Source of the DNA: an uncultured Acidimicrobiales bacterium
GTDB lineage: Bacteria; Actinomycetota; Acidimicrobiia; Acidimicrobiales; UBA10347
Length of the DNA: 64,000 bases
Assembly: GCA_943788915.1 (NCBI GenBank)
Contig: CALSSD010000007.1
Coordinates: forward strand, 1 to 64,000
Direction of reading: 5' to 3'
Shown: one piece after another, positions 10,552 through 20,354 of the stretch
Layout: every line of letters begins with the position of its first letter
How positions within the stretch are numbered: position 1 is the stretch's first letter
Program-made: the position numbers and the translations under genes
The notes under the pieces: generated by a model
The model's database searches: none
Told to the model about the DNA's origin: nothing
Seen by the model: only the letters and a program-made list of their open reading frames with translations

Positions 10552-11589
10552 TTAGACACCCAAGATCGCGGCGGCGCGTTCTGCGCGGGATTCGACACCT
10601 TGTTTGTATTCGTCGAGGTCGAGCTCTTCGTCTTGTTCGCCTTGTTGACCGTTGAGGTAACGGGCGTAGACACCTTCGGAGATACATGCCAGGCGCCACG
10701 AGGCCCAGCCTCGGTAGTAGTCGACCTGTTCGAGCGACACACCCATCTGGTCGGCGTAGAGCCCGGCCATTTCCTGCTGGCTAAGCCAACCGGGTGCAGC
10801 GGTAATCTCGGCGTCGCCCTTTTCTTCTTCGACGTTCTCGGGGTCATGCCAGTAACCGAGCAGGCCAGCCAGGTCAGCCATCGGGTCACCCAAAGTGCAC
10901 AGCTCCCAGTCGAGCACGCCAGCTACCGGACCGGCAGGGTCCATCATGCAGTTGGACAGGCGGTAGTCGCCGTGGGCGATCGTGGTCGGTGCGTCGGTCG
11001 GGATGTTCGCCCGCAGGTAATCGGCCACCCGATCGATCACCGGGAGTTCCCGAGTCTTCGATTGTTCCCACTGGCCAGACCATCGTTTGATCTGGCGTTC
11101 GATGTAGCCGGTGCGTTTGGCCAGGTTACCTAAACCGACCTCGTCGATGTCGACGCGGTGCAACGTGCACAACGTGTTGATCAGTTCGTGGCACATACGA
11201 GTGCGGATCTCGACGGGGATCGTCGCACCGATCTCAGCGTCGCGGACCACCACCCCATCCAGGTAATGCATCACGTAGAAGTCGCGCTCGTTCACGGCCT
11301 CGTCTTGGCATAGGCCAACCAAGCGAGGCACCGGCACATCGCTGTCCTGAAGCGCATGCATGAGCCGATGCTCACGAGCGACGTCGTGTGCACTCGGCAG
11401 CAGCGGCCCCATAGGAGGGCGGCGCAGCACAAACTTTCGGTCGGCCGCGTCGGTCACCGTGAACGTCATGTTCGAGCGGCCACCAGCGATCAGCCCGAAG
11501 TCCAACGGACCAGTGATCTCGGTGTGTTCCTCGAACCATCGAGTCACATTCTCGCGATTGATACCGACGGGGGTGTTCTGCTCACTCAC
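10552..11589 (-). CDS. Phosphotransferase (APH / ACAD10-11 kinase-like) family protein
   Basis: GGRSNMT, VLRRPP, AHDVARE, HGDYRLSN and LDWELCTLGDP motifs. Confidence 0.92.
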   Translation of the reverse strand: MSEQNTPVGINRENVTRWFEEHTEITGPLDFGLIAGGRSNMTFTVTDAADRKFVLRRPPMGPLLPSAHDVAREHRLMHALQDSDVPVPRLVGLCQDEAVNERDFYVMHYLDGVVVRDAEIGATIPVEIRTRMCHELINTLCTLHRVDIDEVGLGNLAKRTGYIERQIKRWSGQWEQSKTRELPVIDRVADYLRANIPTDAPTTIAHGDYRLSNCMMDPAGPVAGVLDWELCTLGDPMADLAGLLGYWHDPENVEEEKGDAEITAAPGWLSQQEMAGLYADQMGVSLEQVDYYRGWASWRLACISEGVYARYLNGQQGEQDEELDLDEYKQGVESRAERAAAILGV

Positions 11590-11717
11590 GCCGCCATTGT
11601 GGCACCACCTAACAGCACGCCCGAAACTCGATTCCCCATAGATCGATGTCGCGTCGCGACCGACGACGTGAAACAGTCGGTGTCAGACACCGATTATTTC
11701 GCTACGAAAGGGAAACC

Positions 11718-12539
11718 ATGAACAAGCGAACACACGCCGAACGACGAGTATCGGCACTTGAGGTTCTCGATGGCTTCATGGCCGGGGCGTACGACGCCGA
11801 GAGATCGGCCTTGGCAATGCAACGGCGGCAGGGGGCGCTCGGCAGTTTCGCTATCGATATCGTGATGGGAGACGTCTGGTCCCGACCCCAGTTCTCACGC
11901 CGCGACCGCAGCCTGATCGTTATCAGCGTGCTCGCCGCAATCGGGAGCGACGACGAGCTTTCGTTACATACCCAGGTTGGCCTCAACCACGGCCTGACTC
12001 GCACCGAGATCGAAGAAATTCTGCTCCACGTCGCGGCCTATGCCGGCTTCCCTATGGCTATGAAGGCGAGCCGGGTCATCGATGACCGGTTCTGCCAGAT
12101 CGACCAGGTCGACCGTCTGCCTGAGCGCTCACCGAGCGCGTTCCGTGACGATCACGAGCGACGAGCTGCTGCGTGCGACGTTCGCCGCACCCTGACCGGT
12201 GGGCGATCGAACCCGGACCCTGATGAGGATTTTGCAGCGTTCATTGACCGGCTCGGCGAGGTTGGCCGGGTTGCCTACGAGTGGGCGTTCGGCGATGTGT
12301 GGTCGAGAGATGAGCTGAGTCGCCGCGATCGCAGCGTCATCGTACTCGCCATCCTGACAGCCCTCTCTCGTGTCGAGGAGCTGGCGTTCCACGTACCCGC
12401 CGGCTTGAATCATGGCCTGAGCCGAACCGAAATCGAAGAGATTATGGTCCAGATGACCATCTACGGCGGTGTCCCTCGTGCCATCGAAGGCACGCTCGCC
12501 ATGCAAGAGGCATTCGCCAAGATCGATGCCCGGGGGTAG
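11718..12539 (+). CDS. Tandem carboxymuconolactone decarboxylase (CMD) family protein
   Basis: Two repeats of GDVWSR..SRRDRS...H...GLNHGL.RTEIEEI....Y.G.P; AAGGG RBS. Confidence 0.88.
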   Translation: MNKRTHAERRVSALEVLDGFMAGAYDAERSALAMQRRQGALGSFAIDIVMGDVWSRPQFSRRDRSLIVISVLAAIGSDDELSLHTQVGLNHGLTRTEIEEILLHVAAYAGFPMAMKASRVIDDRFCQIDQVDRLPERSPSAFRDDHERRAAACDVRRTLTGGRSNPDPDEDFAAFIDRLGEVGRVAYEWAFGDVWSRDELSRRDRSVIVLAILTALSRVEELAFHVPAGLNHGLSRTEIEEIMVQMTIYGGVPRAIEGTLAMQEAFAKIDARG

Positions 12540-12544
12540 CCCGG

Positions 12545-12673
12545 GTAGTCCGCCTTTCAGCTCGTTCCTCGCCGAAACGCTGTCCGAGCTCACTATTCCA
12601 AGATCCCCAAGACCTACCCGCTGACCAAAAGTCCGCCTTTCAGCTCGTTCCTCGCCGAAACGCTGTCCGAGCT
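12545..12673. repeat. Two identical 43-bp copies of a REP-like element
   Basis: gtccgcctttcagctcgttcctcgccgaaacgctgtccgagct at 12548-12590 and 12631-12673. Its reverse complement resembles the elements at 2344 and 20273. Confidence 0.9.
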
Positions 12674-14093
12674 ACGACCTCGCCGATCCTGACACGTGCT
12701 CGTTCACGCTGTCCTTCGTGCGTGGGTAGAAGCCGTTGATCACCACAGCTGGGATCGCAGCGAAGAGTGCGAAGACGAAGAAGAAGCGATCGAAACGATC
12801 AAACGTAATCGTGTCCGCATCACCAAGGATGGCAACCGCTACAGCCACGCCCATTCCTGATGCGAGATTACGGACGGTGTTGAAGCCAGCGTTGACCTCT
12901 CCGTACATGGCCTCGGGTTGGCCATCGAGTGCTGCGGTGTTGAGTGACGAGAACGTCAACCCGAATCCGGTGCCGAACAAGATGATTCCTGGTAGGAAAC
13001 CCGTCAGGTAGTTCGGTTCAGCGCCCCATCGCAGCGCCATCGTCAACATTGCAGCGATCGGGAAAAGCGTGCCAAAGGCAATGAGCGGTCGGCGGCCGAA
13101 CCGATCCGCAAGGTAACCAGAGAGCAGCCCGAAGCTCGATGCACAAATTGGTGCTGGTGTGATTGCAAGACCTGCCTGCACCAACGAGTAGTCCCACACC
13201 TCGGTCAGGAAGAGCGGCCACACAACCCACGTCGATGCACCGAGCATCGAAAAGAACAGGCCTGCGACGGTCACTGTCCACACCGGTCGAGCCGAGAAAA
13301 CCCGCAGGTCGAGCAGGGGTGCAGGATGACGAAGCGAACGCACCACGAACAGCGGCAACAAGCAGACGACGCCAACCAAGGCGGCAACAATCGCGACATG
13401 GCCCCAACCGAGCCCAGGGGCCTGCACGATGACGAAGGCCACCAGCCCGATCGCGATCGTGCCCATGGGAAACCCGATGAGATCGAGCTTCTTCCCATCC
13501 ACGATGGGCTCGGACTCCGAGAGCAACGTGCGTCCCCCGACCAACACCACAGCTGCCACCGGTACGGCGAGCAGATAGATATAGCGCCAGCCGAAGTTCT
13601 CAACGATCAATGCGGACAGGCTTGGTGCGATTGCCGCACCAACCGTGCCGCTTGCTGTCCATGCTGCAACAGCAGATGTCCGTCGCCCGGCGGGAAAACC
13701 TGGCAGCACCAGTGCTAACGACGTAGGCACGGTCAACGAACCTCCAACGCCCTGCAGGATGCGTCCAGCAACAAACACGTTTGCTGTTGGCGCCACCAGA
13801 CAAATGAGCGAAGCAGCCAAGAACAGCCACACGCCAGCGAAAAACATCCGCTTGCGTCCACGCCGGTCCGACAAACGACCTGCTGGCACCATAAACGTCG
13901 CGAGTGCGATCGAGTAGCCAGACAACGCCCACGACAAGGTTGCCCGGCTAGTGCCCGAGAACTCGTCGGTGATCGCCGGAAACGCAATGTTCGTGCCCGT
14001 AAGGGTGATGCTTATAACGGTGTAGGTCAGCGCCGCAAGCCCAAGGGCAAGCCAACTGCTCCGCGGGACGGCTTCGAGCTTCTGACCCTTCAA
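12672..14093 (-). CDS. MFS transporter, DHA2/EmrB-like
   Basis: GRLSDRRGRKR motif A, GRILQGVG, GYLADRFGRR, about 14 hydrophobic segments. Confidence 0.9.
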   Translation of the reverse strand: MKGQKLEAVPRSSWLALGLAALTYTVISITLTGTNIAFPAITDEFSGTSRATLSWALSGYSIALATFMVPAGRLSDRRGRKRMFFAGVWLFLAASLICLVAPTANVFVAGRILQGVGGSLTVPTSLALVLPGFPAGRRTSAVAAWTASGTVGAAIAPSLSALIVENFGWRYIYLLAVPVAAVVLVGGRTLLSESEPIVDGKKLDLIGFPMGTIAIGLVAFVIVQAPGLGWGHVAIVAALVGVVCLLPLFVVRSLRHPAPLLDLRVFSARPVWTVTVAGLFFSMLGASTWVVWPLFLTEVWDYSLVQAGLAITPAPICASSFGLLSGYLADRFGRRPLIAFGTLFPIAAMLTMALRWGAEPNYLTGFLPGIILFGTGFGLTFSSLNTAALDGQPEAMYGEVNAGFNTVRNLASGMGVAVAVAILGDADTITFDRFDRFFFVFALFAAIPAVVINGFYPRTKDSVNEHVSGSARS

Positions 14094-14230
14094 CGGTGGC
14101 TGGTCGCGCCGCGGCCCAGGCGAGGAGTCATCCGCGGACCTTAGCCACAGGACCCGACGCCGATGTAGCCCACGACAGTGCTACCCAGACCAGACTTAGG
14201 TTTCTACCACCGACCGACGCACCCGGCCGG

Positions 14231-16419
14231 TCAAGATATCGGCAGTACCACCTCGAACGAGGCGACGATCTCGTCGACGGCCGCCCAGTCACGATCGTCG
14301 ACCACAACGATCTCAACCAGGACCAAAAACGCTCCATCAGGAGGCGCGGCCACGATGACGAAGAAGTCGCTGCCTGCCACCCCGCAGTTTTCCCACAGGT
14401 CGGTATAACCGATATACAGGCCGTCGTCATAGGGCGATCGTTCGACGTAGGTGCAGGATTCGCCGAATTGATGATCGTCGAGCATCTCCGTCGTTGACGC
14501 ATACGGCAGTTCAGCGGATGCACCCATAAACACGCCAGGAGTAGCCCAGGCATCACGCCACCCGTCGTTGTCGGGCGACACAGTCAACCCTGGGCCGATC
14601 ACGTCACCGTCGTCGTTGAAGTCCCATAGTCGACCATCGATATCGGACCACTCGGCCGGCACGCTGACGATGATGGCCTCGGTCTCGTCGGTCACCGCTA
14701 CATAGTCGGAGTAAGTACGTGATCCATCGGTGCCTCCTCCGACGGTTCCTTCGAGCACAACCTCATAGCTGACGATCACCTCGTCGGCAGCTGACCAGTC
14801 TCGCTCGTCAACAATCACGATCTCGACCAGGATGAAGAACTCCCCGCTGGACGGTTCCGCTCCAACGACCAAGAAACTGCTTCCTTCGGGTCCGCAGTTC
14901 TCCCACACATCGAGCTCGCCGATATAGAGCCCATCGTCATACGGCTGACGCTCGACATAGTCGCAGGTACCGCTGAACTCTTTGTCGTCGAGTAGCTCAC
15001 CGACCGAGGCGTAAGGGAGCTGGTCCGATGCCCCAATGAACACGCCGGGAGTGCCCCAGCCATCACGCCATGCAGTCACATCCGACGCCGCTAGGAACGA
15101 TGGACCGATCTCGACGCCGTCGGTCGTCCACGCTCCGCCATCGGTGTCGGCCCACTCCGTCGGAATCCTCAGTAGGATGCGATCGGAATCGTCGGTGATT
15201 TGCAGGTAGTCGTCGTAGTCGGGGGCATCTTCGTCGGCAAAGTTCCCGGAACCCGCAGAAGTGACCTCGAGTGGCTCTCCATTGAGCCGGCCTTCGAGCA
15301 ATTCGTCCGTCGACGGGCGGTACACCTCGATGGCGATCGGATCGTTGACTTGGCGACTGCGCAAAACATCGCAATAGTCCGACATGGTGCCATCAGCCGC
15401 CATCGGCAGGCTCGCGGCTTGCGTGATGAGGTCACCGGCCTCGAGACCGACAAGGTCTGCGGGTGACCCCGACGCCACCGAGTACACCCAGATGCCCGTG
15501 ACACCGTCACCGGACACCGCTTCGCCGTTGATTCCTACCGAATCGACGTCGATGCCGTTGCGGAGCTGGTCGATGACTGGCCGGGCGACCTCTCGCCCGA
15601 TGGCGAAGGATTGACCAACATCGTTGCCGGCATAATTCACGGCAACGACCCGACCCTGATCAGAAACGATAGGACCACCACTGTTGCCGGGGAGCGTGTC
15701 AGCGCTGTGTTCGATGACCGCATCAACCGAGGCCCACGACGACTCGCCATCGGCATTCTCCTTGGACACGATGCCGTCGAGGAGCGTGTATTCGGCATCG
15801 CCCAGCGGGAAACCAGCGGCGAAGATCGACATGCCCGCAGCGATTGGGCCGTCATGCCACTCGAGATAGTCGAAACCGTCACCTTCGATATCGATCACGG
15901 CAAGGTCCGAGCACTCTGAGACGCCAAGCAGGCGAGCGTTCCGGGGCTGTTGCTCACCATCGATGAGGACTTCGAGGACCGCCGCGCCGGTGACCACGTG
16001 ATTGTTGGTCACGACTAGACCCGACTCATCGATGATGAATCCCGTGCCGCTGCCCACCACGTTCGACTGCAACCCAGCTGCCGGGTCGATCAGGTTCCAG
16101 TCGCGTTGATCTGCACAACCGCGGCACGAACCCCGTCGACAGAGTTCACCGCGCCGCTTGGGACCGGCGGCAGAGTCACAGAGTTCACCGCGCCGCTTGG
16201 GACCGGCGGCAGAGTCACAGAGTTCACCGCGCCGCTTGGGACCGGCGGCAGAGTCGGCGAGGGCGTGGCCTCGACTGATGCGACCACGGATGGACCTGCA
16301 GCTGGAGTGGCAGTCCCCGGGTCGGCGGTGAGCGTCGTGCCAGCACCACAGGCCGAGGCGAAGACGATCACCGCAAGTACTACCGCCGAGATACTACGAG
16401 ACATCACATTCCTTTTCAT
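14231..16419 (-). CDS. Lipoprotein trypsin-like (HtrA/S1C) serine protease with PDZ and duplicated C-terminal domain; frameshift ~16093
   Basis: Lipobox FASAC; GSGTGFII, TNNHVV, DLAVI and PGNSGGP catalytic triad motifs; PDZ SGSPADLVGLEAGD. ORFs 16090-16419 and 14231-16072 join by a 1-nt shift. Confidence 0.88.
16139..16255. repeat. 39-bp in-frame tandem repeat x3 (TLPPVPSGAVNSV)
   Basis: acagagttcaccgcgccgcttgggaccggcggcagagtc at 16139, 16178 and 16217. Confidence 0.95.
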
Positions 16420-16496
16420 GGCGCGACCAACCGCGTCCGCGTCATCGAAACTAACAGCAGACCTGGTGGAATTGTCACGACCTAGGTGCGAACAAA

Positions 16497-17702
16497 TCAG
16501 TTGCCGATGGCGAGCAACACCTGGCGCATGGCTCGGAGTGAATGGCCCGACAGCATCACGTCGCAGTGCGGCAGCGCTGCAGCCATGCCGCCTACAAGCG
16601 GTTCGAAACCATCAGCAGCAGCACGGGGGTTGACCCAGATAACGCGGTGGGCCATACGTGAGAGCCGCTGCATGCGGCGGCCCATGTCTTCAGCCGAGTC
16701 GGTATCCCAGCCATCGCTAGCGATCAGAACCACCGAGCCACGCAGCAACGTAGACCAGCTGGCATGGGACATGAGCGTCTGAAAACTCGTTGCGATCTTG
16801 GTGCCAGAAAACCGATCGTCGACCAACTCCGATGCTGCAGCAACAGCCTCGATCGGGTCGGACCGACGCAGTGCCGGCGTGATGCGAGTGATTGTGGTGG
16901 AGAACGCGAATGCCTCGGCGTCGACATGGGTGGAGAGCGCCCGCAACACATGCATATACGGCCGCACAAATGTCTGCATCGAGCCCGACACATCAGCCAG
17001 CATCACCACCCGGCGGGTGCGGCGATGATTGTCATTCCACATGAGCTGCACTGGGTCACCGCCAGTGCGTCGGGCAGCTGCCAACGTGCGACGTCGATCC
17101 AACTTCCCAGGTGAGTTGGATGGTTTACGACGCCGCACCGGCTTACGGGGCCAAGCAATCGCCGCCTGCTCGAGCCATTCACCAATGGCCGCGAGTTCAT
17201 CTTCGCTCAACAGGTCAAACGGCTGGTCTGCTAGCTGCGCTAACTCGGCAGGAAGTAGCTCGGGCAGCACCATCTCGCTGTCGTCGTCGGCTGGCTCGTC
17301 GTCCTCGGGTGATGCCGACGGCGCCTGCGACCATGGCACTCCCCCGCCAGCGTCGGCCTGCTGGTTACGAGCCTCTCGCCGGCGTTGTTCGGCGGTCGGG
17401 AACGAAGGCTCCTGATGTTTGTTCGACTTGCGAGCATTACGACCTGTGGGAAGCGCTCCACCCTCGAAGACGATCTCGAAGACACGGTCGAAGGTGTCGA
17501 TGTGCCGGGCGTCGTGCACCAGACAGACCCGCGACACCCAATACAGCTGCGTCCGGCTGGTTGGTTTCGTTGCCGCTAGTGCTGCTGCATACCGTTCGCC
17601 TGAGTGAATCGAAACCGGCAGTTCGGCCTTGCGAAGTGACTCAACAAACGCCGAGGCAAAGATCGCCCGATCGATATCGGGCAGAAGTGTGGGTCGAGTC
17701 AC
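16497..17702 (-). CDS. coxE: VWA domain CoxE-like protein
   Basis: DVSGSM MIDAS, FAFST, SGTKI, SDGWD and WVNP motifs; downstream of the MoxR ATPase in the cox cluster. Confidence 0.85.
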   Translation of the reverse strand: MTRPTLLPDIDRAIFASAFVESLRKAELPVSIHSGERYAAALAATKPTSRTQLYWVSRVCLVHDARHIDTFDRVFEIVFEGGALPTGRNARKSNKHQEPSFPTAEQRRREARNQQADAGGGVPWSQAPSASPEDDEPADDDSEMVLPELLPAELAQLADQPFDLLSEDELAAIGEWLEQAAIAWPRKPVRRRKPSNSPGKLDRRRTLAAARRTGGDPVQLMWNDNHRRTRRVVMLADVSGSMQTFVRPYMHVLRALSTHVDAEAFAFSTTITRITPALRRSDPIEAVAAASELVDDRFSGTKIATSFQTLMSHASWSTLLRGSVVLIASDGWDTDSAEDMGRRMQRLSRMAHRVIWVNPRAAADGFEPLVGGMAAALPHCDVMLSGHSLRAMRQVLLAIGN

Positions 17703-17717
17703 CGGCTCAGACTCCGG

Positions 17718-18575
17718 CTAGGAGGCCAGTTCTTCTCGGAGTGCGGCCAGGTCATCGGGTGTCTTGGCGAGTGAGCCCAGGGTGCGCATCGCGTTCTGGT
17801 CGACCAGCGAGACACCAAGCACCATAAGCGCGCTGACCCAATCGATGGTCTCGGCGAGGCCCGGCGGCTTGTCCAGCCCACGATCTCGGGCCGTACCGAC
17901 GAAGGCGGTTGCTGCTTCGATCAGTGCCTCGTCGGCATGGGGCACATTTCGGCGAATGATCTGGGCGGCGCGGGCGATCTCGGGGTAGTCGATCCAGTGG
18001 TACAGGCACCGACGTTTGAGCGCATCGTGGAGCTCACGGCTGCGGTTTGACGTCAATATGACGATGGGTGGTGTTGTTGCCTCGATCGTGCCGAGCTCCG
18101 GGATCGTGATCGACTGCTCACCCAGAAACTCGAACAACAAAGCCTCAAACTCATCGTCGGCTCGATCGATCTCGTCGATCAAGACCACCGGCGGCACATC
18201 ACCTTGATGTTTCACCGCAGCCAGCAATGGACGTTCGACCAAGTACTCATCGGTAAACAGGTCGGTGTCGGCCAGCTTCTGACCATCGGCCTCGGATAAC
18301 CGAATGGCCAGAAGCTGACGCGGATAGTTCCACTCATAGAGCGCTTCGTTGGCAGCGATGCCTTCGTAACACTGCAACCGCAGCAGCGGCGTGTTGAGCG
18401 CCTTGGCCATGGCTTTGGCTGCGGCTGTCTTACCCACGCCCGGTTCGCCCTCAAGCAGAAGTGGTTGACCTAACGATTGGGCTAGGTAGAGCGCGGTGGC
18501 GAGTCCTTCGTCGACCAGATAGTCGACGCGATTGAGGGCACCGGTCAGCTCTTCAACACTCGCAAAACTCGTCAT
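17718..18575 (-). CDS. coxD: MoxR-family AAA+ ATPase CoxD
   Basis: EGEPGVGKT, RLQCYEG, IDEIDRADDEFEA and SNRSRELHDALKRRCLYHW motifs. Confidence 0.9.
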   Translation of the reverse strand: MTSFASVEELTGALNRVDYLVDEGLATALYLAQSLGQPLLLEGEPGVGKTAAAKAMAKALNTPLLRLQCYEGIAANEALYEWNYPRQLLAIRLSEADGQKLADTDLFTDEYLVERPLLAAVKHQGDVPPVVLIDEIDRADDEFEALLFEFLGEQSITIPELGTIEATTPPIVILTSNRSRELHDALKRRCLYHWIDYPEIARAAQIIRRNVPHADEALIEAATAFVGTARDRGLDKPPGLAETIDWVSALMVLGVSLVDQNAMRTLGSLAKTPDDLAALREELAS

Positions 18576-18603
18576 GTGTTACGGCCCATTCTGCAGCTCA
18601 GAA

Positions 18604-19215
18604 TCATGGTGTTTGCACCTGGTCGTGGGCGAGCAGGTTCTCATAATCATCCCAGGTGTCGACGTCGAGCGGGATCGTGGCATCGATCGGAACCTCGGTC
18701 ACGGGATAGAGACCTGATTCGAGCAGTTTCCAAACTGCCTTATCACCGTGCAGTTCGGCGAGGTCACTAAATACCTGGCGGCCGAACCAGAACGGATGCC
18801 CGATGCCATCGGTATACCGACAGACGGCCAACGGTGCGGGCCCGCCGCCTGCTGTGGCTGCAGCGATGAGCGATTCGATTGCCGAAACTGTGATGCCCGG
18901 CTGATCACCAAGCAGCATCACGACGCCTTGGGTATCAGCAGCGAGCGAGCTGAGCGCGGACACGATCGACGATGAACAACCGTCGGTGAAGTGCAGACTA
19001 TCGACGACCTTGAAGCCATCGAAGTTGACCTGGTGCACGACTTCATCGGCAGCCCCACCAACGGTGACCAGACGCTGGTCAAACGGTGCAGCTCGGGCGA
19101 CATCGAGAGTGGCATCGAGCAATGTGCGCCCCTTGTAGGGAAGCAGCTGTTTTGGTTGGCCGAGTCGACGAGACGACCCAGCGGCGAGAAGGAGGCCGGC
19201 GACGTGCTCGGTCAC
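18604..19215 (-). CDS. Molybdenum cofactor cytidylyltransferase (MocA-like NTP transferase)
   Basis: LLAAGSSRRLGQPKQLL, LGDQP, GHPFWF, GDK and DVDTWDDY motifs; GTGA overlap with the upstream gene. Confidence 0.85.
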   Translation of the reverse strand: MTEHVAGLLLAAGSSRRLGQPKQLLPYKGRTLLDATLDVARAAPFDQRLVTVGGAADEVVHQVNFDGFKVVDSLHFTDGCSSSIVSALSSLAADTQGVVMLLGDQPGITVSAIESLIAAATAGGGPAPLAVCRYTDGIGHPFWFGRQVFSDLAELHGDKAVWKLLESGLYPVTEVPIDATIPLDVDTWDDYENLLAHDQVQTP

Positions 19216-20120
19216 GCGCCTGCCCCGATTGCTACATCTTCGGCGTGGCGATTCCGACAGCCGACGTTGCAGTACCAATAGTCATTACCTTCGTGATGCA
19301 GATGGGGTGTCTGAGCACCGACGATTACGGTCATGCCGCAGATGGGGTCAATTGCCTCGGCGGGCGCCTGCGGCCCGTCACTTTTTGGCGCTACCAATCC
19401 GTTGAGGCGGACCTCGGCGGTCAACTCAGCCAGCACCGACAGAGCGACTTCCTCGGCGGTGCGGGCGCCGATCTCGACGCCAACAGGTGAGCGCACAACC
19501 GACGCCTGTTCATCGGTCAGATCAAGCGACGCAAGCACCGCGGCACCACGCACCCGGCTCGCCACCAGACCAATAAACCCGACCTGACCGGCAAGCGCAG
19601 CATTGATCGAGTCTTCCTCGTGGCGGCCATGGCTCGAGATCAATACAGCGAGTGACCCGGTTGCGTCGGGGACGCCGTTGGGCACATGGTCCATTGCGTA
19701 GCCAAGTTGTGTTCCGAACTGGACGAGCGCCTCGGCGATCGGCGTGTTGCCGACCACAGCGATCCGAGCGGCGGGCAGTTTGGGTTCGAGGAAGACCTCG
19801 ATCGCCCCACCCGACAAACATGGATTGACGACGGCTTGTGCACCTGGGCGCTCGGGAAATCCCTCTTCTTCTGCAGGAAGCACCCGCAGCAACAATGGCT
19901 CACCCGAAGCCAACACTCCCATGGCAGCGACCTTGACCGACTCTTCGGCGCATTGGCCGCCGACGAACCCGTCGACGCTGCCATCGGCCAGGATGATCGC
20001 CGCATCACCCGGACGAGCCGACGTAGGCATCTCCGCCCGCACCACCGTCGCCAACACAAACGGCACCCGCGTAGCAACCAACTCACCAACTCGCTGAGAA
20101 GTACGCCTTGATGACGACAC
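19212..20120 (-). CDS. XdhC/CoxF-type Moco insertion chaperone with C-terminal YHS domain
   Basis: ATVVRAE.PTSARPG, GFVGGQCAE, NPCLSGG, GLVASR and IGARTAEEVALS motifs; C-terminal IDPICGM...YWYCNVGC. Confidence 0.88.
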   Translation of the reverse strand: MSSSRRTSQRVGELVATRVPFVLATVVRAEMPTSARPGDAAIILADGSVDGFVGGQCAEESVKVAAMGVLASGEPLLLRVLPAEEEGFPERPGAQAVVNPCLSGGAIEVFLEPKLPAARIAVVGNTPIAEALVQFGTQLGYAMDHVPNGVPDATGSLAVLISSHGRHEEDSINAALAGQVGFIGLVASRVRGAAVLASLDLTDEQASVVRSPVGVEIGARTAEEVALSVLAELTAEVRLNGLVAPKSDGPQAPAEAIDPICGMTVIVGAQTPHLHHEGNDYWYCNVGCRNRHAEDVAIGAGA

Positions 20121-20255
20121 TACGTTCTCCTTTTCACCGCTCCGCTCGGGCCGACGTTCGTCGGATATGGCCTCTGGTCATTGTGGTCGCCTCCTCCGTC
20201 GGCTCCGCCCGCTCGTCCCCCACTCCTCAGCTAGCCACGGGTAGCGAAGCGGTCC

Positions 20256-20351
20256 GGGACCGTCGACCCTTTAGCTCGAACAGCGTTTGCGAGGAACGAG
20301 CGAAGGCGGACTACCCGAACAGCGTTTGCGAGGAACGAGCAAAGGCGGACT
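20256..20351. repeat. Tandem pair of REP-like elements (39-bp period)
   Basis: cgaacagcgtttgcgaggaacgagc(g/a)aaggcggact twice, preceded by gggaccgtcgac, which also occurs at 2249 and 2317. Confidence 0.85.
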
Positions 20352-20354
20352 TCC

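Noticed and set aside
10552..11589. Phosphotransferase as an aminoglycoside resistance gene
   Set aside because: The motifs match the ACAD10/11-like metabolic kinase subfamily, not clinical APHs.
12548..12673. 43-bp repeat / 40-bp spacer / 43-bp repeat resembling a mini CRISPR
   Set aside because: Only two units, no cas genes, and the same element is dispersed at other gene ends, so it is REP-like.
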